Assembly (NCBI RefSeq): GCF_035084215.1
Contig: NC_090345.1
Span: 23,560,001 to 23,624,000, forward strand
From: Heptranchias perlo
Taxonomy: Eukaryota
Direction: 5' to 3'
Length of the DNA: 64,000 bases
The position numbers and the translations under genes were made by a program. This document shows positions 14,001 through 24,644 of the stretch, piece after piece. The notes under the pieces are model-generated. The model was not told the origin of the DNA and did not search any database. It saw only the letters and a list, made by a program, of their open reading frames with translations. Numbering within the stretch: the stretch's first letter is position 1; the number at the start of each line of letters is the position of its first letter.

Positions 14001-14593
14001 ACTGAAAAAAAGTTATTAACCCATTTTCAAACAAAGCAGAAAATTTAGCTCCATATTATCTGCTACCTGTATCGTACTGGCCATGAGTTGCCTGCACCAC
14101 ATTTCTCTCTTCCATGCAATTGTAGATGCTGTTTGCATTGCCATTTTCCGCTTTTATAGTATTTTTTCCATCAAATACATATGGTGTCTTCACTGAGATT
14201 TCTGAACACTATCTTGTAAGGTAGCTATTGTATTAATTAATATTGTATTTGTTACTGCCCATTGGCAAGGCATGTAATTGGCAAATGAGTTTCAATATAC
14301 ATGTGTGAGGTGGTGCATTTTTGGTAGGAAGAATAAGAAGGCCACATATTGCTTGGATAATAAGTCTAAATGGGGTAGAGGAGCAAATGGATCTAGGGGT
14401 ACAGATACACAAATCACTAAACGTAGCGATGCAGGTTAATAAGGCCATAAAAAAGGCGAAACAAGCACTGGGATTCATTTCTAAAGGGATAGAATCGAAA
14501 AGCAGAGACATTATGTTAAACTTGTGTATAACCTTGGTTAGATGTAAGGAATCTTACAACACCAGGTTATAGTCCAACAAATTTATTTTAAAA

Positions 14594-14630
14594 TCACAAG
14601 CTTTTGGAGATTATCCCCTTCGTCAGGTGA
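14594..14630 (-). ncRNA. Hammerhead ribozyme motif with mutated core (GAAA to AAAA)
   Basis: Reverse complement reads TCAC CTGACGA A GGGGA TAA TCTCC AAAA GCTT GTGA. Confidence 0.7.
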
Positions 14631-15447
14631 ATGAGTGAAAGGTTCTCAAATCGCATATCTTATATTAGGCTGGGACACCATCACACCAATCAAAAGGTGT
14701 CGTTGGTGTTCAGACAGATTAGCCACGGAGAACAGTACGTCCCAGTACACTGAATATACATTGTGTTAAATTACACAGACAGAGAGAAAGAGACCCAAAT
14801 GGCAGAGAGAGAGAGAGAATATTAAAAACAGATAACTTTTTTTTCCCCTTGCTGGTGGGGTTACGTGTAGCGTGACATGAACCCAAGATCCCGGTTGAGG
14901 CCGTCCTCATGGGTGCGGAACTTGGCTATCAATTTCTGCTCGACGATTTTGCGTTGTCGTGTGTCTCGAAGGCCGCCTTGGAGAACACTTACCCGAAGAT
15001 TGGTGGCTGAATGTCCTTGACTGCTAAAGTGTTCCCCGACTGGGAGGGAACCCTCCTGTCTGGCGATTGTTGCGCAGTGTCCGTTCATCCGTTGTCGCAG
15101 TGTCTGCATGGTCTCGCCAATGTACCATGCTCCGGGGCATCCTTTCCTGCAACGTATGAGGTAGACAACGTTGGCCAAGTCACAGGAGTATGAATCATGT
15201 ACCTGGTGGGTGGTGTCCTCTCGTGTGATGGTGGTATCCGTGTCGATGATCTGGCATGTCTTGCAGAGGTTGCCGTGGCAGGGTTGTGTGGTGTCGTGGA
15301 CGCTGTTCTCCTGAAAGCTGGGTAATTTGCTGCGAACGATGGTCTGTTTGAGATTGGGTGGCTGATTAAAGGCGAGTAGTGGAGGCGTGGGGATGGCCTT
15401 AGCGAGGTGTTCGTCGTCATCGATGACATGTTGAAGGCTGCGGAGAA

Positions 15448-16267
15448 CAGGCCCAACGAATACACAGGATCTGCTCAGACGAGGAGGAACGCATGGACAC
15501 CTACAGATGCTGAAAGACGCCCTCGTAAGAACGGGATATGACGCTCGACTTGTCGATCGACAGTTCCGACAGGCCACAGCGAAGAATCGCATAGACCTCC
15601 TCAGAAAACAAACACGGGACGCAACCAACAGAGTACCCTTCGTCGTCCAGTACTTCTCCGGAGCGGAGAAACTACACCATGTTCTCCGCAGCCTTCAACA
15701 TTCATCGATGACGACGAACACCTCGCTAAGGCCATCCCCACACCTCCACTACTCGCCTTCAAACAGCCACCTAACCTCAAACAGACCATCGTTCGCAGCA
15801 AATTACCCAGCTTTCAGGAGAACAGCGTCCACGACACCACACAACCCTGCCACGGCAACCTCTGCAAGACATGCCAGATCATCGACACGGATACCACCAT
15901 CACACGAGAGGACACCACCCACCAGGTGCATGATTCATACTCCTGTGACTCGGCCAACGTTGTCTACCTCATACATTGCAGAAAAGGATGCCCCGGAGCA
16001 TGGTACATTGGCGAGACCATGCAGACACTGCGACAACGGATGAACGGACACCGCGCAACAATCGCCAGACAGGAGGGTTCCCTCCCAGTCGGGGAACACT
16101 TTAGCAGTCAAGGACATGCAGCCACCGATCTTCGGGTAAGCGTTCTCCAAGGCGGCCTTCGAGACACACGACAACGCAAAATCATCGAGCAGAAATTGAT
16201 AGCCAAGTTCCGCACCCATGAGGACGGCCTCAACCGGGATCTTGGGTTCATGTCACGCTACACGTAA
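15448..16267 (+). pseudogene. C-terminal part of the PLE ORF (RT thumb/linker plus GIY-YIG endonuclease), frameshifted
   Basis: ORFs 15507-16043 and 15926-16267. The Cys-rich linker TQPCHGNLCKTC precedes the VY-YIG motif. Confidence 0.88.
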
Positions 16268-16493
16268 CCCCACCAGCAAGGGGAAAAAAAAGTTATCTGT
16301 TTTTAATATTCTCTCTCTCTGCCATTTGGGTCTCTTTCTCTCTGTCTGTGTAATTTAACACAATGTATATTCAGTGTACTGGGACGTACTGTTCTCCGTG
16401 GCTAATCTGTCTGAACACCAACGACACCTTTTGATTGGTGTGATGGTGTCCCAGCCTAATATAAGATATGCGATTTGAGAACCTTTCACTCAT

Positions 16494-16530
16494 TCACCTG
16501 ACGAAGGGGATAATCTCCGAAAGCTTGTGA
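16494..16530 (+). ncRNA. Minimal type I hammerhead ribozyme motif in the PLE terminal repeat
   Basis: TCAC-CTGACGA-A-GGGGA/TAA/TCTCC-GAAA-GCTT-GTGA: conserved CUGANGA and GAAA cores, stem I TCAC/GTGA, stem II, and palindromic AAGCTT at stem III. Confidence 0.85.
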
Positions 16531-19214
16531 TTTTAAAATAAATTTGTTCGACTATAACCTGGTGTTGTAAGATTCCTTATATTTGTCCACCCCAGACCAT
16601 CACCGGCATCTCCACATCATAACCTTGGTTGGACCACACTTGGAGCATTGTGCACAGTTCTGGTCTCCATATTATGAAAAGGATATAGAGGCATTGGAAA
16701 AGGTGCAAAAAAGATTCACAAGGATTCACAACTGAGAGGATATACTTATCAAGAAAGGCTGAACAGGCCGGGGCTCTTTTCTCTAGAAAAGAGAAGGCTG
16801 AGGGGTGACCTGATAGAGGTCTTTAAGATAATAAAAAGGTTTGATAGGGTAGACGTAGAGAAAATGTTTCCACTTGTGGGGGAATCCAAAACTAGAGGTC
16901 ATAAATATAAGATAGTCACTAATAAATCCAATAGGGAATTCAGGAGAAACTTCTTTACCTAAAGAGTTATGAATGTGGAACGCAACCACAAGGAATAGTT
17001 GAGACGACTAGCCTAGATGCATTTAAGGGGAAGCTAGATAAGCACATGAGGAATAGAAGGATATGCTGATAGGATTAGATGAAGAAGGGTGGGGGAAGAC
17101 TTGTGTAGAGCATAAACGCTGGCATAGACCAGCTGGGCCAAATGGCCTGTTTCTGTGCTGTAGACTAGATGTATCACCTCCCAGGCATGGCTTCTGTTTA
17201 AACCTCAACTATTCATTCATACTTTATCTCTTACACATTGCAAGATGATTTCTTTATAGCTGCAGGTTTATGAACATAAATTAAACCATTATTTAAGGCC
17301 GTAAAAAATTTTAGGAACTGGAAAGGACCATCAAGCTCAAACAAGCCTGTCCCTTTTTCATAGATTAACCCACCTCTCACCATATCCCACAAATCTTTCT
17401 TGCTCCAGAACTTCTTCCAATTGTCTCTTGAATCCATAATACTTCATTAATAGACTATTCAACGTGTGCATTTGGGTTCACATTTCACAACAGTTTTATT
17501 CATATTACCACTGAAGGTAGAAATCTTAGTCCTGAGAAAATAAGTGATTTTTGAGGTATTTTCATTTGCTTTGAAAGGCTTACATTGCTTCTAAATGATG
17601 AATCTTTCACATGTGAATGAACCTCAACAATCATTCTCAGTGTGTTATCCAGTATATTAATTTAATTATTCTTCTCTCAACTATTTTTCTACTTCCATAA
17701 ATGTACTCTGGGCCCCAGGCTTCTCCAAGGTATTATTAATACTGGTTTGTACTGGAAGAGATGAAGCGATTCTGTTTCTCTCACCCCAAATGAAGCACTC
17801 TGCTCACACAGGAGATACTCAGAATATATTTTATTCACGACATAGTAATTTAATTTTTAAGTAATGATCTGTTTATTTCTGCTTTACAAGACACACAACC
17901 ACAGCTCTATGTCTGAGAATTGATTCAATCCAATTGTGTACCTGAATAATATATGTGGTAACTTCTTGAACTCCAGCAGTTACAAAGAGCATAACTCCGT
18001 GTATTATGTAAATATCATTACAATACCATCTAACAGTCCAGTCGAGAGCTGTCTAAACATGTCTGTTGGGGAGAATGGAGCTCAAATGTGAGTTGAAATT
18101 GGATATGGGAGTTCACTTCACTTTGTTAAAAGTTGCATCATTCAATGAAAGTGTTACTTTTTTTATTTTGTGCTTTTGGCAATATTTCTTCATTAATTCT
18201 TATAAAGTGAATATTCCTGAACAGTGGATGATTAGAAATCAATATAGAATTAAGGAGCAAACTACATTGTGTGATACAGTGATACAGGACCTTATTGTAC
18301 TATTGCACCGTGTTATGAGGTGGTTGGACACCAATTCATCCCTACGTTGCTTCATGTAGATTTCCTGATCTTGGCTGAATCATTAGGTATATATGTCAAG
18401 CTCAGGCTCGCAAGGAAGGCTCTTTTTCATAATACCCTGCGGAGACCAAAAGAAAACTTGTGGAGTCATCTTGGCTAAAAATCCTGGTGGAGAATAACAG
18501 AACACCATTAGCAGAGGCCTAGGTGTAGGTCAACAACTTGAGATCTGTTGGCTAGAGAGTGGTATCTGTCATAGAGGGGAACCTAAAAAGGGGGTAAGTA
18601 GCTTTAAAAATTAAAAAGAAATATGAATTAATAGAAACAAACTACAAAACTGAGAAGAATAAAAATGAACTCTGACTTGTTTGCAAATTGAAAACAAATG
18701 AATGACCTCATTGGGGGAAATGATGTGTTGGTGTGAGCAAATGATCTGAATCCAAAATTTGAAAATTTTAACCTTTCCATCCAAAATACAGCAGAATTTA
18801 GCAAACTTCCGGTTTTGTGAAGAAAATAATGAATGTCTGGGAGTAAACTACAAGGCTATAATCTAAACAAAGAGCTCAAATAATGTCACAAGCCTTGAAA
18901 GTGAAGCCCAGGTAGTTTCTAAATGTCGGTGGTCCACTGGATAATACTTCAGCCTTCAGTACGCTCATTGGTAGCTGTGAGTATATATATTTATTTAAAA
19001 GTAACAGGTCTCCCATGGTGCAGATACAACTGGCACTTGGAGCTTACTGTATGGAGATCAGGAGTGCTAGCCCCAGTCTTGTGACACAGCACTCTGGCCT
19101 ATCAACATACTGCACCACTAAGCCATCCTTTGAAACTCAATTTTGCAGGAGAGCTATCAATTTTCAATATTTCACACATTGTAAAATAGATAACCCAGTA
19201 GCAGGAGCCATCGT

Positions 19215-22200
19215 GGGCTAAATTGGGCCCCGAAAATGGCATCTGAAGATGCATAGGCACACTTCCGGCGTGACGTGTGCAGGATGCCATCTTGGTAAAG
19301 GTGGCTGCGTGTGTGCACACCTAACGAACAGTGGCAGCATGTAAAGTAGAGAGATTATGATATTGATCAGTGTGCAACGCTAATTTGAAGCAGCCGATGC
19401 CATTTTCGAACTCCCCGCTCCAGCAAACGCACTGTCATAACCTCCCACAGCTGAACAGGAGTTAAAGGGCATGAAGGACTCCCCCCACCAGCATTATTTA
19501 AAGGGGGAGTTGCAGGAGTTACAAGTTAGTTGCTGGATCAGTTATTCTGGCTGCTGGTACAATTGTAGATGTTTGTGGAAATTTCCTATACTTGGAGAAA
19601 GCTGCAATATCCTATACATAGTGATCTGGGTGGTCTTGCAGTTCTGTTAGTGGCATTTAAAATAGAGTGCTAAACAACATTGCTTGCAGACATGGATGGC
19701 CTGCTAGGGCTTCCCCTGGGAATTGAACATGACTGGGAGCATTAAAAGAAGCCACGCAGAGCAGGACAAGCTGCCAGAAGAGGGAGGAGGAGGAGGAGGA
19801 GGAAGTGCAGCAAGAAGTGAAGAAAGTGGAAGAAGAGACATGGAGGCAACAAGGTAGACAGGCCCTGTCTGCCAGGGTTCTGCGTGATCAGATTAAAAAT
19901 AAAAGATACCAGTAACCTCAAGAACACCTCCCCATTCACCAACAGTCCCACACTCCTTACCTTTCCTCTCCCACATGGCCATCAAATCATCCTCCTTGTG
20001 ATTACCCATTGCTTCCTCCCTCAGCTCATCGCAGAAATGAAAGCCAACTCCAAATGCAAATCCAAATCCAAATTTATCAATTAACGTATGTAATAAAGCA
20101 AACAAAATGATACTATTCATCCTTGTGCATTCCCTTAGTGCCTGTCACTCATGTGCCTTTACCTTTCCTAGCACTCCTACAAGGTGCATTGCCAGTAACA
20201 GGAGCATGAGTGGTGGAAGGCTGTTGACCTTCAATTGAGGAGAGTGCAGATGACCTTGGAGGACGACCTTGAGCAGCTCTGGGCCAGGAGGGCCCGGCTT
20301 CAGACTGCACCACCTCAGCATAGGCTGCAGCTGTCTGGCCAGGCTGGCTGACAGGCAACAGCATGGACACTGGCGGAGTGTCAGGGGTGGGAGCAGGAAT
20401 ATTGTCATCCTGAGAGAGGACAACAGGTTCGTCTTCAATGGCGCCACTGCCATTTTCACAGGGCAGTGCCTCAGCAATCCTGGTGATCAGCTGGAGAACG
20501 GTTTGCTGGATTGCTGTGATGCCCTGGAAGCCCCGTTCCACAGTGGTGCCCAGAGCCATGATAGCAGCAGTCTGAGCCTGTAACACAGCGGTCTGAGCTC
20601 CAAATGAAGCATACAGATGTTGGATGGCAGATGTTTGTGCTGCAATGGAAGTTGTGACATTGGGCATCAGACGCTGCATCATGGTGGGTTCTACAGGTGT
20701 GCTGATGGAGGTTACCACCCATTCCATGTGGGAAAGGATGGGCTCCAAGCTCTGCGCAAAGCCCTGTGTCAATTTGGAGCTGGACTCCTCCATGAACCTT
20801 GACATTGTATGCAGGCTTTCTGGCAGGCTTCCCAGTGCACCAAGCACTCGGTTGTGTAAGCCCATCAGCCTTCTTCTGTAGCCTGGCCCATCGAAGTCAT
20901 TATCTAACTCCTCTGCAGCAGAACTAGTGTGTGACCACACCCTCCAGCGAGCTGGCACGTGTGGTATCCCTTCCCCCCACCCTGGCTCCTGGCATTTGTG
21001 CCCAGTGTCTCACCACATGCAGATCCCTCCTTTAACCTAGCCTCTAAAGTATGCGCAGTATCAGTATCTGTGCTGGCAGCTGCGAGTGTAAAATCGAGTG
21101 ACGGTGTGTCTGTATCATCACTGTCATCTTCCTCTGCCTCCTCTGACTGTGCCGGTTCCAGTTCTTGGGTGTCTCAAATGACAAAGGGAGACGGGTTGAG
21201 TTGTGGTGCGGGGAGAGGAGAGGAGAAAGTAAGACATGCGTGCTGACACCATTTGCAGCATTTTAGTCAGAAAAGATTGTGGGCTGAGGGAGAAGTGGGA
21301 AGCGAGGAGGATTCCGTATGCAGAGACCCTCGTCATCGCTACCTCCAGCACCACCAGTGGCCACGGCCACAGCGAAGGACTGCCAATGATCGCCAGTACG
21401 GCGTCCTCTATGGGGGTGAGGACATGTAGGCACGCCTGTTCTCCCCCAGGTCTTTCCTGCTGCATGTTGTTATGCGCCACCTTCACCTACAAGAAAGAGG
21501 GAAGTGTGTCAGAGAGTGTCCTGCAAGATGTTTGGGTGATGTAGCTGTCATGATTGAACAGCTGCCGGTGTGTGTGACCTGTGAGTTTTGGGTGTGTGGC
21601 TTGCAAGAGTGGTAATGTTTGAGGGTGAGATGCAGCCTCTGATTTGCAAGGTTGCATACTGATTGAAAGAGTTTGTTGGTAGGTGGGTGATGGGGGATTT
21701 TGTGCGTTGAACAGTGGATGATGCTAGTGGTGCAGTTGGTAGGATATGCCACTTGACAGTTGAACGCATTCACCTCGACCACTCGTGACAAATCATTGAA
21801 CTTCTTTCTGCACTGCATCCATGTGCATGGAGTGATACTCCTGGCATTGACCTTGTCCACCACAGCCTCCCACTGCCTCTTCAGCATATGTCTGGAGGGC
21901 CTCCTGCCCCACTGTGGATATAGGATGGCCCGCCGTCTGTCCACCTCTTCCACCAAGGCCTCCAGTGCACCATCCGGGAACCTTGGTGCACGCTCTCTCG
22001 CAGGCGCAGCCACTCCTCAATATCTTCCAGCCCAGGAATCACTTCACACCACTTCCTGCAGCCACAGAGCACCTCCCCTTTAAGAGGTGCAGGCTACCTT
22101 TAAATAGTGCTAGCCACTCCCAATAGCGGGGCCCCCGGCTGGTGCGTTGCGCCACTCAGCGCACATAGCGCTGGCTGCACGCAGCAATCATGTAGATTAG

Positions 22201-22303
22201 CAGGCAGCATGAATGTTACGTGCTGCCTGCATCTCAACGACCGGGCATGGGTTAATCATGCACCTAGAGCCCAGAGCCTATTTTCAGGGGTTAACCAATT
22301 TAA
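19215..22303. mobile_element. Harbinger/PIF deletion derivative: transposase mostly deleted, Myb gene retained
   Basis: Imperfect inverted termini GGGCTAAATTGG and CCAATTTAA. Only N- and C-terminal transposase remnants remain, at ~19693-19890. Confidence 0.7.
20149..22013 (-). pseudogene. Spliced Myb/SANT-like gene of the second Harbinger element
   Basis: Exon 22013-21774 reads RERAPRFPDGALEALVEEV...QWEAVVDKVNA...TWMQCRKKFNDL. A second exon starts at 21486 after TTGTAG. The last long ORF (20149-20958) ends in basic RSARKGKGT. The start codon reads GTG. Confidence 0.8.
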
Positions 22304-24440
22304 TGTTTGATTTTTTTAAAATTAGTATTTCTTTTAACTTCATAACCTTTTTTACACAAGTCTGTTGATGTAGTAAAACTATCTGCTCAGAATTTTAATT
22401 TAAAAAACAAGAAATACTTTCTTCTGTTTCAGTTTCAGATATGTGGCATAGCATCTCACCAGCAGGGTGCACTGTGCAACACCACATCATCATAGCCACT
22501 GCTATTGTTTCTGCAGTATATAATTGTAAAGCATATGTTTAAACAGGAATCAACTTCAACATTTTCACATTAGCACATGCAGCTTTTGTTTCTAATCCTC
22601 AGCAGTACATCCCCAAGAAAATGTGTGATCTGTCTTTCTAGCAATATATCATTTTAATCATAAGATAAGGGCCACAGACATGACGTTAACCCCTGTTCCT
22701 GCCTGGCGGGGATGGGTTAAAGTCACATCTGTGGCCACCGCCCCCAACTCCACCACCCCCCAGTCATTTTAACTGACCCGTTTGTGGCTGTGTCAGGGGC
22801 CTGCCCCAGAAAAGTGGGGTCCTAATTAAAAGGCTAAAGTTGCGCTCTGATGGGGTCGTAGCCGCTTCCATCGTATTTTAACTCCAAATTGTGGATGCTC
22901 CGCCCATTCTCGAACCCGCCAGCAAAACCTAGTGGGATTGGTGTCTGAGAGCTCCTGAAGTTGCAGCTCACTGGATAACAGGATCTTTTGTTGTCTGGAT
23001 TGCCAGGAGTGTTTCCAGCTTCCAGACTTCTGCAACCGCCTGCAACATGACCTGCTGCCTGCCAGGCCAGGGGGGCAAGCCTTGCCAGTGGCCCTCAAAG
23101 TCACCACTGCCCTGAATTTTAACATCACTGGCTCCTTTCAGTCTACAACAGGGAACATCAGATGCATCTGCCAGACTGCAGTTCACAGCTGCATTAAGCT
23201 GGGGACCGACTCCCTACTTGCCAGGGCTGAGCAGTGTATCACCTTCCCCACTGACCTCAGCAGTCAACAGGAGAGAGCTTGTGCCTTTGCTGCAGTTTCT
23301 GGCTTCCCTCGCGTGCAGGCAGCGATTGACTGTATACGTGTGGCCAGTAGGGCACAGGAACTCGAGTCTGAAACATTCATCAACACTTTGTCAATGTACA
23401 GCTAGTGGCCGATCACAGGAACAATATCACGCAGGTCTGTGCAAGGTACCCAGGGAGCGGCAAAGATGCTTTTATTCTCAGACACTCTACCATCTCCTGC
23501 TTTTCAACCCTGGGAGGAGTGTGACAGGATGGCTGCTAGAGGACAAGGGATAATCCCTGAAGAACTGACTGATGACACCTTTGTGCAATCCCACCACGCC
23601 AGAGCAGCACACGACAGCAGTGCTCAAGCAAAGGTTTAGGTTTCTGGACCTCCCGGGGGGCTCCCTGCAATATGCCCCAGATAGAGTATCATGCACTGTC
23701 ATGGTCTTCTGCATATTACACATTGCATTGCAGAAAGGCCTGAATTTGGAGGAGGAAGAGCAGCAGCAGCAGCAGTCGTCATCAGATGAGGAAGACCTGG
23801 AGGAAGGAGAGGAAGCAATAGAGGAAGGAGGGCCACATTACCATCTTGCAGCCAGAGATCAGCTCATAGGTCAGCGATTCATAAGAACAAAAGAAATAGG
23901 AGCAGGATTTGGCCATACAGCCCCTCGAGCCTGCTTCGCTTTGACTTCAACTCCACTTTCACCGCCCTATCCCCATAGCCCTTGATTCCCTTAGTGTCCA
24001 AATATCCATCGATCCCAGTCTTGAATATACTCTGAGCAGCCACAGCCCTCTGGGATAGAGAATTCCAAAGATTCACAACCCTCTGAGTGAGGACATTTTT
24101 CCTCATCTCGGTCCTAAATGGCTGACTCCTTATCTTGAGACTATGACCCCTAGTTCCAGACTCTCTGGCCAGATGAAACAGCCTCTCAGCATCTACCCTG
24201 TCAAGCCCTCTAAGAATTTTATACGTTTCAATGAGATCAACTCTCATTCTTCTAAACTCCAGAGAATATAGGCCCATTCTACTCAATCTCTCCTCATAGG
24301 ACAACCCCCTAATCTCAGGAATCAATCTAGTGAACCTTTGTTGCACCCCTTCTAAGGCAAATATATCCTTCCTTAGGTAAGGTGACCAAAACTGTGCACA
24401 ATACTCGAGGTGTGGTCTCACCAGAGCCCTATATAATTGC

Positions 24441-24644
24441 CATGATGTGGAGATGCCGGTGATGGACTGGGGTGGACAAATGTAAGGAATATTACAACAC
24501 CAGGTTATAGTCCAACAAATTTATTTTAAAATCACAAGCTTTCGGAGATTATCCCCTTCGTCAGGTGAAGGGGATAATCTCCAAAAGCTTGTGATTTTAA
24601 AATAAATTTGTTGGACTATAACCTGGTGTTGTAAGATTCCTTAC
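24441..24644. mobile_element. 204-bp palindromic PLE terminal-repeat insertion, same family as 14543-16620
   Basis: Sequence nearly identical to 16490-16620 on -, plus an inverted partial copy. TSD TATATAATTGC at 24430-24440 and 24645-24655. Confidence 0.92.
24532..24568 (-). ncRNA. Minimal hammerhead ribozyme motif, intact core
   Basis: Reverse complement is identical to 16494-16530. Confidence 0.85.

Larger units (their letters stand above)
14543..16620. mobile_element. Penelope-like retroelement: 5'-truncated copy (+) preceded by an inverted partial copy (-)
   Basis: GIY-YIG endonuclease (NVVYLIHC...WYIGET...LRQRMNGHR...IEQKLI...GLN) on both strands. Near-identical inverted arms 14543-15449 and 15680-16580. 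TSD (AT)AACCTTGGTT(A/G)GA at ~14528-14542 and ~16619-16633. Confidence 0.93.
14263..17165 (+). mobile_element. CR1-clade LINE fragment split by a Penelope-like insertion
   Basis: The reading ...GIESKSRDIMLNLCITLVR stops at 14542 and resumes at 16621 (TLVGPHLEHCAQFWSP...RGDLIEVFKI). Confidence 0.9.

Noticed and set aside
14861-15628. 255-aa minus-strand ORF as a novel gene
   Set aside because: It is a chimera across the inversion junction: antisense PLE sequence fused to the inverted GIY-YIG segment.
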